Assembly: GCA_000165345.1 (NCBI GenBank)
Contig: CM000431.1
Location: forward strand, 800,001 to 864,000
DNA: 64,000 bases
Direction: 5' to 3'
The position numbers and the translations under genes were made by a program. The number at the start of each line of letters is the position of its first letter. Position 1 is the first letter of the stretch. The notes under the pieces are model-generated. The model searched no databases. It saw nothing but the letters and a program-made list of their open reading frames with translations, and had not been told where the DNA came from. Below are positions 39,401 to 49,149 of the stretch, piece after piece.

Positions 39401-41001
39401 GAAATGGATCCGAGATTTAAATCACAGAATAACAAGACTTTGTTTCCAATATATCCAGATACTCCTAATTTGTTATTATTTGAAAGACCAACAATTATTT
39501 TTATTTCATTTTTTTGATTAAACACATTATTACCAGATAAATAGACAGAACAAGCGTCTGTTAAGATACCACTTTCTGAGAATAACACTAAAGAAACTGA
39601 ATTTACAGATAAGAATACTGCTGCTCTCATATTTTCTGCGTCACCCATTGCAATTGCTCCAAAGAGCTCTTTTTGTGAAATGTTTGCATAATCATTAAAG
39701 TAATTACCAGAGTCATAAAGAGATTGGATTTCTACTTTTTGACCGGGAGATAATGGGTTTTGTAGTCTAAATTCAGAACCATAACAAGACGTTTCTCCAA
39801 CTCTACATTTGTATCTACCAACTGCAGAACCCATTAAGGTTTGCTCTGGAATACTTAGCATTACTGAAGTTGTAAACCAAACTGTGGTTCTAATCTTATT
39901 TATTTGAGCACCTTTAATCTCGGTTGATGCGAAACAGGTATCACCAATACAGATAAGTAAATGTCCGTCTGTGAAAAAATAACCCAAATGTACGATATCT
40001 CCAGAATTCAAATGATTTTTTAATGAATTTGCATCGAAATTTACCTCTTTATTTTCATTTTTATGAGCATTCTGGATAAGGAATTTGTATTTGTTGTTAC
40101 CAGAGTAGGTAATGCTTATTGTTAATTGAATTTTTGAATCGTTGTATTTAATGAACGTGTGCTTTACTTTGTTAGAGGTTATCTCTCCTTGATTAATTAC
40201 AATCTTAACACCATCCTCGAAAATGTTTCCACCTGGATACACGACTTCAGTACCTCTTCTCAAAGAGAATGGGCCAGAATATACTTGTGAGCTTGGATTA
40301 CCAGGCATAGTGTGTTGAACAAAAGTTTTGGGAGCGGTAAGTGTCATAGTTTGTTCGAAGTGAATATTATAATCCATTGGACCAGTGAGTGGAACTATCG
40401 AGCTAATAGCTTTGTTCAAAATATAGAGACTTCCTACTTCGTAGTATTTCCCATCCTTATGCTTGAATAAAAATGTCAAATAACTATTGTTATAGTAAAG
40501 ATAATAGTCGAAGTCGTCTCCTGACTCGACTCTGAAATTAGAAGGGGTTCTATCAATGCTTATACCTTTACTAATACGTTTAGAATCAACGAAATTCTTT
40601 GTATCAACCTCACCAACGAGACCAAATCCAATAGTCTCCTTTGTAATAACCATATCAATGAAGGGCTTCTTGTTGTCATCAATAATTCTCAAGACAAGTT
40701 TGGTTTGTTCGACTGGAATCCCATTAAATTTACTAGCAAATAAATTGATAGAATCTGGAATTTTACCTCTTAATCTTAATGTATAACCACTTGAGAGCTT
40801 GTTTGAACACAAACCAATTACAGAGCCACCTCTGCACGATGTTGATTGGCATGAGAAACCCAAACTACAACTTTCTCTTGGAACAGATGCAGCTGGAGGA
40901 ATTTCGGTTTCTGATGATGCCGAAACAGAAGCGCATCCCAGAAGGGTGTTGAGAAACAACCCTGCTAGGAATACTCCAAAGTATTTCTGGAGCCTATTCA
41001 T
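36478..41001 (-). CDS. Large secreted protein (1507 aa) with an N-terminal signal peptide and repeated beta-rich, lectin/ConA-like-looking modules
   Basis: Signal peptide MNRLQKYFGVFLAGLFLNTLLGCASVSA. There is no C-terminal transmembrane segment. The protein is rich in G/S/T/Y/N with scattered Cys. Blocks of F.I....N....F.L.F...DG recur. Confidence 0.55.
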   Translation of the reverse strand: MNRLQKYFGVFLAGLFLNTLLGCASVSASSETEIPPAASVPRESCSLGFSCQSTSCRGGSVIGLCSNKLSSGYTLRLRGKIPDSINLFASKFNGIPVEQTKLVLRIIDDNKKPFIDMVITKETIGFGLVGEVDTKNFVDSKRISKGISIDRTPSNFRVESGDDFDYYLYYNNSYLTFLFKHKDGKYYEVGSLYILNKAISSIVPLTGPMDYNIHFEQTMTLTAPKTFVQHTMPGNPSSQVYSGPFSLRRGTEVVYPGGNIFEDGVKIVINQGEITSNKVKHTFIKYNDSKIQLTISITYSGNNKYKFLIQNAHKNENKEVNFDANSLKNHLNSGDIVHLGYFFTDGHLLICIGDTCFASTEIKGAQINKIRTTVWFTTSVMLSIPEQTLMGSAVGRYKCRVGETSCYGSEFRLQNPLSPGQKVEIQSLYDSGNYFNDYANISQKELFGAIAMGDAENMRAAVFLSVNSVSLVLFSESGILTDACSVYLSGNNVFNQKNEIKIIVGLSNNNKLGVSGYIGNKVLLFCDLNLGSISITRFRPVKDNVYSGSSKYTLSNDYPAEGYEGISGGSSTSRTQQQAANCYLATNGECNASQIVHMDGSGFVKGTYLTVKSSSVIFPFTFYVKSSDNNSDQFAFTVISTGKFSMRNVNTQDIIYAKIPPSCMERILHEGLSVLLSSDQSKIYASICGLLLGSVPSTSLNKKLKFIFHKNMSGNSVRVATFPVFGGGSVALEYTSEKYSTNSDNIKKDDDLTFHSPCDARKSVSTSLDNCSSLINMSTNRLTNGYSIMITGTVEKPSSNLEQAFNIGIPIENAIQVFNLKASNGRTILQFFITEDQLGLSIHNPLAITRNNGHVGAPIPSSVNLEEGSKYRIGIGFKDSAINLLIENPYGSGKFAMLRRNLVSVISAWGETAYNRDFTKYEPINSIVPELLVKSPYSYSLSNNVNTWFPVSKEFYAPRSGDNSCTLSIYGVCTTSKVYMPGNKPVNNDAKFFIRFYSFQKNTFSLSFKREDGTIVAQLEFSSTSTLWSGSVTIKFTTRFERSTDTYSVYNFGSKEFIIQFVGNAIGYHLDGQWKVLLALENKDNFNQVLVSQLDGFVIEYVKTDSSNPAPWQYIKYGSTTAKASMVLAYNLCNAQNPTYGYFSTPGVYLPASSIENLCSTSLHPNHFSLVFKSRYPNYVKDEVAKTFPNFPGFLHSIVLLYNGSVVYTLVIARKYISFFSSLYSGEAGTFSSCSSQVPDEAEFQPGSKYYITFFVDGSDLHVYFHSYVVGKSALLCKLPYNQHFNAAKTFGQVFIDSSQTTAAIVYGLKRTLYTPNLNASNLYPMGTVVSKNAILSSGMPFSPNESLSIEMTCGKDLIFSGQTGKPQLRLKTNGSSFTLENVPGKINATGTLSGGCVCSTNKKIVVNLAYVNNQFRLIACKVSAASIFTTGVSIYQISSEVELSVTYRTDLRLASATSLTSSQISKVEEQPDTSKDEENIANSGKYIPESFSVQATLHVIPKYSTS

Positions 41002-42272
41002 TTTGATCTAATTCTGGATGAAGACAACTTATACACTAAACCTGTTCTTTTGTACACTTCTTGAATACTAGATTTCTTCAGTTTAATAAAAACAAGAATA
41101 TTTGTTGCCTTTGCCAATTATTCTCTTACGCAGTTGCTCTGCGACTAACTGAAGACTAATCACACCAACAGTCAACTTTCAATTCGCAACCAGATTATGC
41201 ACCCCTGATATTGCATGCATTATGCGGAGACAAGACATACTCCCGCATTACTCATTTCTATACGTACAAATGGGAGGTTAATTAGTAAACGTAACAAAAC
41301 TTGCTAATTAAGTCAATTATTTGTTCACTAACGTCTTTATTTAAATTGGAGTTTTTTTGAGAAAATTGAGTCAAAAGAAAATTTATTAATGCATATGGCG
41401 GTAAGATTTGTACTAGGAAAAAAACACACGAAAATGAATAATTTTTTAAAAAATTACTTAAAATTCTTGTATAATCAAAATGAATATTAATTAGTGAATT
41501 TATATTTATATTTTAAAGTGTTTTAGTTTAATCAGAAAATGCTTATCTGAATTCATACGTTTTAATTTCTTCCAACTAAAGATAACACCAATTAACGATT
41601 AAGTTTTAATTATATACAAAAAATTGAATAGATCTGCTAGCATATTTAAAATAAATTACCTGCTTATTAGGATTTGATTCTCAAGTGCCATTTGTGGGTT
41701 CAAGAAGAGATGGATCATTTATAGCTGCATTAATATTAACAAATATTCAGTTAGTTTTTCTTAAAATTAACGTAATTATTGAATTGCGTTGTTAGAAACC
41801 ATAGCTTGCCGCCAAATAGTGATGATTAATTAAATCTCAAATTTTAAAAGAAGGAAAAACTTAATAGCTAAGATTTCATGTTCAAAAAAGGAGAATTTAA
41901 TTAGATTCTGTAATAAATTGTGTTAATTCTAAGATGAACAAATTTTGCATATCTATATAACCATCAATTTAGAAGAAAGTAACATTTGAAATCAAACTGA
42001 TTTATTAGCCAAAATATTTTGCATCTAGTCTTTATATATATAATGAGGGGGTTAAACTAAAATGTTCAAATCAAAATTTTTGTTTTTTTTTATTTAATCA
42101 ATTTTTTAAACTTTAAATGGAGTTTTGGCGGTAACTATTCTATACGCGATTATCGAAAGTCAAAGTGACAGAAAAGAAATTATAAATAGGTGGGAATAAA
42201 TTAAAGATTATTAAAAAAAGGTATTCAACTAGAAAATTATAAAGGTTTGAATTGGCTGTCTAAAAACAAACA

Positions 42273-44258
42273 ATGAAAAACGAAAATGATAGCAATGAAT
42301 TGCTTTCATTTTCTGAACTCTATGGCTCAATTCTTGATAGAAGGATTATTCAATCTTTGACTAATAGCAATTACTTGGTACCAACTAAAGTACAAGTCGA
42401 GGTCATTAAAAAGATTATTGAAGGTAAGGATTTATTAATTAACTCTTATACAGGTTCGGGAAAAACATTGGCTTATGCAATTCCTATTTGCCATAATTTA
42501 TTAAATATATCAAATAGATTAGCTAATAAGGTGTATTCATTAGTTTTAGTACCTTCAAGAGAGCTAGTAATCCAAACCCATGAAATTTTTGAGCAACTGT
42601 TGGTTTTCTGTGAGAATAATGTTTCTGTTGGAACTATATTTAATGCAGATGATAATTTGTTACATAAAGGGAAGGATCTTAAATATGGTAGCTTTCGTTA
42701 CAATATATTGATTTCAACTCCTGGAGATATCTTATGCGCTAAAGGAATGGGCTCAAAGGAGTCGATTTTCCAGAATATTGCTCATTTAGTAATTGATGAG
42801 GCTGATTTGTTATTTGCTTTTGGTTATGACAAAGATATGAGCAAAGTTTTGGATCTACTTCCAAATTCTCAAGATAGAAAGTATCAATGTATATTGCTTT
42901 CTGCAACATTAAACAAGGAAGTTGATTCTCTTAAAAAAATGGTCCTTCATAGACCTATTTTTGTTGATATTAAACCTGAAATTAAGGAAGATTATTTCGA
43001 TCAAGAAGGTAATGATTCAAAGTGCCAAACCTCGGGATTGTTAAGCGAGTACTATACCATTTGCGACAGCATGGTGGATAAATGGTTAATGCTCTACATT
43101 CTTCTGAAGATGAATGTAATTCCTAGAAAATGCCTTATTTTTGTATCTGAAGTAGATACTGCATACTCAATTAAGCTCTTTCTTGAAAGGTTTGGGATGA
43201 GTTGTGGCGTTCTCACTCCTATTATTCCTGCTGCAACTAGGAGAATGCTAATACAGTGCTTTAACCAAGGAAGCTATGACATTTTAGTAACTAGTGATAC
43301 AATAAATGAAAAGGATGAATCAGTATTAAGTATTTTAAAGGATAATTCAATCACATATAGAGGGGTTGACTATAAGGAAGTTGCTTCCGTATTTAATTTT
43401 GATTGTCCAAGTAGTGTTAGGTCATATATTCATCATATTGGTAGAACAGCTAGAGGTGGTTCTTCAGGAGTTTCAATAACTATTGTCAATAGTAATATAC
43501 CTAACGAAATGGAAGTATTGGATGAGCTTTTAAACGATAGCAACCGAAAAATGAATAAATTGAAGATCACATCCGAAGAGGTTGCCTGCTTCAGATATAG
43601 AATTGAAGATTGTATGCGAATTTTAACAAAAGGTAACATACAAAGGCACAAACTCCAGGAAATACAAGGGCTTATCCTGAACAATACCCGTCTTCTTAAG
43701 TCTGGCTATTTCAGCAAGCATCCAGGAGATAAAAATGTACTAAAGTCTTACCATAAGCATATTACAAATGCTTTAAATATTTCAAATTCTGGAAGGGAGC
43801 ACATTAAGAATATCCCTGATTATTTATATGATATGGTTAATAATAATATTTCCAATAGTCCTGATTTTGTTTTAGATCAATCTTCTATGCCAAATGTTTC
43901 AATGGATAGTGTACTTTCTAATACCAATAATAGTAGTCATGGTGGAAGTTTGACAGAAAAGGTACAAGAGGCTATTCGTAGAATGGGAGCCAAAGATTTC
44001 CAGTTTGTTAAAGAAAATAATCTTAACCCAACAAATGTAAACAAAACTGGAAATTTAAATTCTGGCAAGAAGAGAATTATAAGTCGAAAATCTCAGCTTA
44101 AGAAGGAACCAAAGTCGTACGAAGGTACTGTTCCAGATGAGCTTCCGGCTATTTCAGGCCGTAAGTTATGGAAGCTTAAACACAAAAAACGTGTTAAGAA
44201 GTACAAAGACTTTATTGATGATAACAAATACAGGAAGAAAAGGGGCGTAAGAAGATAA
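42273..44258 (+). CDS. DEAD-box ATP-dependent RNA helicase (DDX56/Dbp9-like)
   Basis: Q motif PTKVQ. Motif I SYTGSGKTLAY. Motif Ia PSRELV. Motif II VIDEADLL. Motif III LLSAT. Motif VI HHIGRTARGG. Basic C-terminal tail. Confidence 0.85.
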   Translation: MKNENDSNELLSFSELYGSILDRRIIQSLTNSNYLVPTKVQVEVIKKIIEGKDLLINSYTGSGKTLAYAIPICHNLLNISNRLANKVYSLVLVPSRELVIQTHEIFEQLLVFCENNVSVGTIFNADDNLLHKGKDLKYGSFRYNILISTPGDILCAKGMGSKESIFQNIAHLVIDEADLLFAFGYDKDMSKVLDLLPNSQDRKYQCILLSATLNKEVDSLKKMVLHRPIFVDIKPEIKEDYFDQEGNDSKCQTSGLLSEYYTICDSMVDKWLMLYILLKMNVIPRKCLIFVSEVDTAYSIKLFLERFGMSCGVLTPIIPAATRRMLIQCFNQGSYDILVTSDTINEKDESVLSILKDNSITYRGVDYKEVASVFNFDCPSSVRSYIHHIGRTARGGSSGVSITIVNSNIPNEMEVLDELLNDSNRKMNKLKITSEEVACFRYRIEDCMRILTKGNIQRHKLQEIQGLILNNTRLLKSGYFSKHPGDKNVLKSYHKHITNALNISNSGREHIKNIPDYLYDMVNNNISNSPDFVLDQSSMPNVSMDSVLSNTNNSSHGGSLTEKVQEAIRRMGAKDFQFVKENNLNPTNVNKTGNLNSGKKRIISRKSQLKKEPKSYEGTVPDELPAISGRKLWKLKHKKRVKKYKDFIDDNKYRKKRGVRR

Positions 44259-44336
44259 GTGAAAATTAAAAATTATATTTTTTTTCTTTTAATTATCGAT
44301 AGTCCTTGTTTCTACATTATAATGGAAACTCTTGAC

Positions 44337-47300
44337 TTAATTTTCGTTTAAACTATCTAATACGTACTTTAAATACTCCAATTTCGTTTCTTTATAGAAT
44401 TTTTTCATCTCCTCAATAAGTTCCAGCTCTGAGCCTGAAAAGTAGTTAATATAAACTACCAAAAATACCAAGAGTGTATTTTTGCAAGCTGAATCTTTAT
44501 ATGAGGTGATAATTTCTGAAATTAAATTAATTATTTTTTCATTATCGGAAGTTTCAATCATTTTTTTATTTGATTTAAATTGCCAAAATATATATGAAAT
44601 ATCAGTCTTATTGTGATATAGTAGAAATTTCATGATCTTAATATTAGATAGAATTTTTAATATAAAGCCAGTATCTGAAATGGTTTCAAATATAAAAACA
44701 ATGAATATGAAATAAAAGCAGTCAAGCAACTGTTCTGGGAAGTATATATTTGAGTCACAAAAGGCTGAAATGAGTGAGTCAATAAGCTTTAATAAGCATT
44801 CATTATCAGTTTTGTTGTTTAAGTTGTACATTGTTTTGGCACAAATCGATTTGTTTTGTCTCCAGGTACGAATCATCTCTAATAAATAATCCTGTAAGTT
44901 TTCATTTTCTTTAACAGACTTTTCTTTATTCATGTGGACATAATTCTGAAGTTCTAATGAAAACTTTAAATAATCTAAAATAGTAATTCCCATTAAATTA
45001 TAATTAGAGTTATCAGTCTCTAAATATTTTGATCTTGAAATATTAATAATTTGATTTATTGAGCATTCAAATATATACTTCGATAAGAAATCAATCAATT
45101 CTTTCATTGATTTGGAACTTTCCAAAGAAAGTAGTTGTTTATTGAAAACTCTCTTCATTAAGGAGAAAAGAAATGGATTTTCTGTAGAAGTTGTTTCTTG
45201 GGATATAGTTGTAATCTGATAATATACAATATTGACGGAGTAAATAAATGGATTTAATATTAGTAAATTTGTATTATTCAAGCAAAGCGAGTATTCGTCT
45301 AATACTCTACCATAGAAATTATCAAATGGTTCTGAGATTTGCTTATTCAATTTAAGAATCCAAAATAAGGTAATAGAATACTCCTCAAGATTTTTGCTAG
45401 CGAAAAGAAGTATAAATAGTTTTTCATATAGAATTTTGGAGTTATAGTTAAAATTTTCTATTTCAAAAATCAATTTATCATTTTTAGAAATAGTTACTTT
45501 ACTAGATTTAGGAGCTGAAGGGTCAAGTATTGCAATGTCACTGGTTTTAATGTGTTCATTGTGTGTTGACAAAAGAAGATAAATATAAAGCAAATTAGAA
45601 TTTAAGGACTGTAAGTAAATTGAATTTTTCTTAACAACATTATTATTTGTAATTATTGTCTGACTATCGTTCATATTAAGAGCTTCAAAATAGCATAATT
45701 CGTAACTGAAAAGCTGATTTGACTTTAAATAAAAGTCTGAGTTATCTGTACTTATGTAATTTGGAAGAATATAATTTTCAGTAAGTATTTGATACATTTC
45801 TGATAGTAAATCAAATGATGGTTTCATGTATTTGAAATTTAAAGAAATGATTTCCTCTTTACCAGTTAATAAGTGTATCCGAGATACTTCCTTTAAAAAA
45901 GTTGAGATCAGAATTATAAAGAAGAAATCTCCATAGGTTTTATTATTTGATAAAATACTTTGAGAATTTGTGATGCCCATTTCAATTTCGAGTAGAAAAC
46001 CGCTTTCCAATGTGAGTAAATCTATGTTAAAATCCTGCTTTGAATGAGTTTTGAGGTAACTTTCGCAAAAGCTGATAAGTTCGAAGTGTGGTTCAAAGTT
46101 ATCATTGGCAAAGCTGGAGTTGGAGTTGTATCTTTCAATTAAGAGAACTTGGAATCTGATAATTGATGTTGATAAAAGGACGAAATCAAAGTTTTCATAG
46201 TTACCAAGAGATAAGTTACCTCTAATTATTTTAACTTTTTCAAAGATTTTTCCAATGAGTTGGTTAAGAACTTGAATAAATTGTAAGTGTTCGTGTTCAA
46301 TCTCATGGTATTTAGAAAAAAGCAATAGATTACATCCTAGTCCATATAAATGATAAATTATGAAAGATTGAATTGAGTCTTTAAGATCTACAAATGTGAG
46401 GTAATGAATGAGATCTTTGCAAAAAATTGACAAATCCTCTAAATAAATATCCTTCAATGCCATTATACCAATCAGTTTTACTCCTTCAACAAGGCTTAAT
46501 TGAATAAATTCACTTATTTCACTTGAGTGTAATTTCCGAGGATCCAAAACAGCTAAAATAACTATTCTTAAAATTGGGAGTACTGATTTGATAAGGAAAT
46601 TACTTAAGAAATCATTTTGAATACTGACAAATTTGCTTTCAATACGATTATCAATACAATAAAGTGACTGAGTATAAGTGCTAATTAAATAAATAAAGCT
46701 GAAGAGTAATTTGGCCATAGGAGAGTTAGAGTACTCCTGGGACGCTAATTCGGATGAAGAAAAGTCAAAAACTTCATCTCCAAGAGCATTTATCATATCT
46801 TCTAATGATTGAAAGCAAATACTTTGGTCATAAATACATTCTCTTTGAATAAAGAGCCTAATAATACTTATGCTGGATATACGAGATTCCAAGGCTCCAT
46901 ATTTATTTTGAGCCATCCTACAAAGAAAAGAGAATAAATAGTTCTTCTGAACTGATAACTCACTATTATCGTATTTAGTTGGTACATACTTAAATATCTC
47001 TTGCATTGTATCTCTTAGTAGCTCTAGACTTCTTCCATCAGGTAGGTCAAATCTGATAAGGTGTTCTTCATCTTGCAAATCGTTATATCTTATACCAAGA
47101 GATTGTTTTTGCATCAAGTGCGTAAAGAACTCTAATCTCTGACTAATAATGTTGTTTCTGAAATAAGAAGGGAAGTAAACCAATTTTTCATCTAAAATTT
47201 CAAAAACAAACTCTGAAGGGGTTAAAAAGTAGCTTAAGAGCTTGAATTTGCATGCTTCTGGTAAATTATTTTTGGTTGATCTGATGGGAAATTGTCCACC

Positions 47301-48053
47301 AGTAAGTAAATTGTTTAAAGCTATTACTGAGTTTTCTGCAGTTCTTGAAGCATAAGATTCATGGAATAGCATATTCAGTAACAAATAGTGGATTGAAAGA
47401 TCTCCTGTTAAATACTTATACCATCTATGTATTCCAAACAAATATCCAAGCAAGTATTTATGATAAGTTTTCCCGAATTGGTGGTCAAAAGTATGGTACT
47501 CTCTTATTTTAATAAAAATTTTTCCTAAAGTACGGATTGCTATACATCTTTGAGACACATTGCTGCTTCTAGAGAGGTGCATAAGTTCAGGAATAGTGTA
47601 TCCTTCAAATTCACCTTGTTCAGAGTGGTGATGCAGCCCTTTGTAGAAATATAAATTATCGTTCTTATACTTTTCTTCAGAGTTAGAGTTATCGCAAAGG
47701 CAGCCTTCAAAATCAAACCTAAGGTTGTGAAGATTCATATCGGATTTACCTGGAGATTCCCAATCATTTACATCCTCACCTAATGGATTTGTCCAACGCA
47801 ATTTTAAAATATCATTTTGAGTAAAGTTAAAAATTAAAGGAGGTTTTGACTCGAAACCCTCATTTATTGGATTTTTATTCGCTCTATCCGTTTCTTTACT
47901 TCCTTCTTCACCTTTCTTTTCCAATTTTTTTCGATTGTATACTGCAGGAAATCCTGTATTTGGATGTTTAGATTGGAGTTTCTCACTTGCAAGGAAGCTA
48001 CCAACCTCCTCCTCTACTATATTAAAATCATCAGTGTTTGCATTTATTTGCAT
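44337..48053 (-). CDS. RPAP1/Rba50-like (RNA polymerase II-associated protein 1), tentative
   Basis: LRFDFEGCL and EGYTIPELMHLSRSSNVSQRCIAIRTLGKI resemble the conserved RPAP1 blocks (LRFDL.G.LL; EGYTLQELLHLTRSQVSQQRALAL.VL). Confidence 0.45.
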   Translation of the reverse strand: MQINANTDDFNIVEEEVGSFLASEKLQSKHPNTGFPAVYNRKKLEKKGEEGSKETDRANKNPINEGFESKPPLIFNFTQNDILKLRWTNPLGEDVNDWESPGKSDMNLHNLRFDFEGCLCDNSNSEEKYKNDNLYFYKGLHHHSEQGEFEGYTIPELMHLSRSSNVSQRCIAIRTLGKIFIKIREYHTFDHQFGKTYHKYLLGYLFGIHRWYKYLTGDLSIHYLLLNMLFHESYASRTAENSVIALNNLLTGGQFPIRSTKNNLPEACKFKLLSYFLTPSEFVFEILDEKLVYFPSYFRNNIISQRLEFFTHLMQKQSLGIRYNDLQDEEHLIRFDLPDGRSLELLRDTMQEIFKYVPTKYDNSELSVQKNYLFSFLCRMAQNKYGALESRISSISIIRLFIQRECIYDQSICFQSLEDMINALGDEVFDFSSSELASQEYSNSPMAKLLFSFIYLISTYTQSLYCIDNRIESKFVSIQNDFLSNFLIKSVLPILRIVILAVLDPRKLHSSEISEFIQLSLVEGVKLIGIMALKDIYLEDLSIFCKDLIHYLTFVDLKDSIQSFIIYHLYGLGCNLLLFSKYHEIEHEHLQFIQVLNQLIGKIFEKVKIIRGNLSLGNYENFDFVLLSTSIIRFQVLLIERYNSNSSFANDNFEPHFELISFCESYLKTHSKQDFNIDLLTLESGFLLEIEMGITNSQSILSNNKTYGDFFFIILISTFLKEVSRIHLLTGKEEIISLNFKYMKPSFDLLSEMYQILTENYILPNYISTDNSDFYLKSNQLFSYELCYFEALNMNDSQTIITNNNVVKKNSIYLQSLNSNLLYIYLLLSTHNEHIKTSDIAILDPSAPKSSKVTISKNDKLIFEIENFNYNSKILYEKLFILLFASKNLEEYSITLFWILKLNKQISEPFDNFYGRVLDEYSLCLNNTNLLILNPFIYSVNIVYYQITTISQETTSTENPFLFSLMKRVFNKQLLSLESSKSMKELIDFLSKYIFECSINQIINISRSKYLETDNSNYNLMGITILDYLKFSLELQNYVHMNKEKSVKENENLQDYLLEMIRTWRQNKSICAKTMYNLNNKTDNECLLKLIDSLISAFCDSNIYFPEQLLDCFYFIFIVFIFETISDTGFILKILSNIKIMKFLLYHNKTDISYIFWQFKSNKKMIETSDNEKIINLISEIITSYKDSACKNTLLVFLVVYINYFSGSELELIEEMKKFYKETKLEYLKYVLDSLNEN

Positions 48054-48524
48054 ATCTGGTAGACTTTTTAATCTAGAAACTTATCCAAAAATAATTAGTC
48101 AATTCTTAGCATTTTGACATTTTCCTATTAGATTGAGCCCGCCAAATTGATTCATTGCTTTTTAAGCCTGCTTAAATGAGAGCCAAAGAAATAGATAATA
48201 ATAATAATTCTTCAATAGCTAATGAAATTCAGGGGAAGTTGTGAGATTTTCCAATCTATTAGTTGTTTTTTAGTATCTTTTTAGCTTTAAATGCATATAG
48301 TTTACCATAATTATTTTGGCCAGGGTGGCGCCTCCCCACAACTAGTATTTTTATTTCCGTATATAATGTATTTAACGAGTTATATAAAAGGAAAAGAAAA
48401 TCATATAAGGCATAAAGGTTAGTGTTATATTGTTAATAACACTACTATTGAAGTTTTAAAAGAATTTCACTTTAGCTAATTGTCGGGTTAACAAGTCCTT
48501 TAACGACTTTATTTAAACATCACT

Positions 48525-48550
48525 ATGCAGAGCTCAATTGAAAATGCAAG
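48525..48550 (+). CDS. Replication protein A 14-kDa subunit (RPA3), exon 1 (MQSSIENA + 2 nt)
   Basis: ATG is followed by AG|GTAAGT. A 60-nt intron (48551..48610) ends ...CTAATAG. It joins in frame to exon 2. Confidence 0.6.
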
Positions 48551-48610
48551 GTAAGTTTTACTATTTTCTTTGATTCTAAATAATTTTTTAACCTAACATT
48601 TGACTAATAG

Positions 48611-48929
48611 GAGAGTAAACAAGGAGGAACTACAAAACTTCGTCAACAAGCAGGTTAGATTTGTTGGAAAAGTAGTTTCAGTCGAAGGAGAAATAGTAAT
48701 TTTAGAGGCGCCAGATGGTGGCACTGTCAGATGTAGAACTATAAGCCCACCACCAAGCACTTATGTAGAAGTCATTGCTCAAGTTATGCCCGATCTGTCA
48801 TTAACTCAAACGGACTTCATGTTTGATTTAGGCGACTCACTAAATATGGATTTAGTTAATGAAAGTATCAAAGTTTCGTTTCATCCCAAGTTAAGACAGC
48901 ATTGGGAGCCTGTTTCTAATATTGCTTAG
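48611..48929 (+). CDS. RPA3 (RPA14) OB-fold subunit, exon 2
   Basis: RVNKEELQNFVNKQVRFVGKV...FDLGDSLNMDLVNESIKV matches human RPA14 ([21 protein letters not shown]...FDLGLYNEAVKI). The ORF track begins this ORF at a TTG that lies inside the intron. Confidence 0.7.
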
Positions 48930-49002
48930 ATTACTTATAAGTTTTCTACACTATTTTAATATAATTTTTTTCTTCAATGGGAGCTTTCATCTTCAGTCTT
49001 CT

Positions 49003-49017
49003 CCCCCCCCCCCCCCC
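49003..49017. repeat. C15 homopolymer in the 5' intergenic region
   Basis: Direct reading of the sequence: ctcccccccccccccccttactc. Confidence 0.9.
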
Positions 49018-49149
49018 TTACTCTTCATTTCTATGCTGTCTTGCTAACTTTCAAAGACTGTGCATTCCCGCTAACTGTCATTCCAATCCCGGTTTCTACA
49101 GAAACTTCCAAAATCAAATTGAGAGTTTGTGATTTAAAAGACTATTTAG

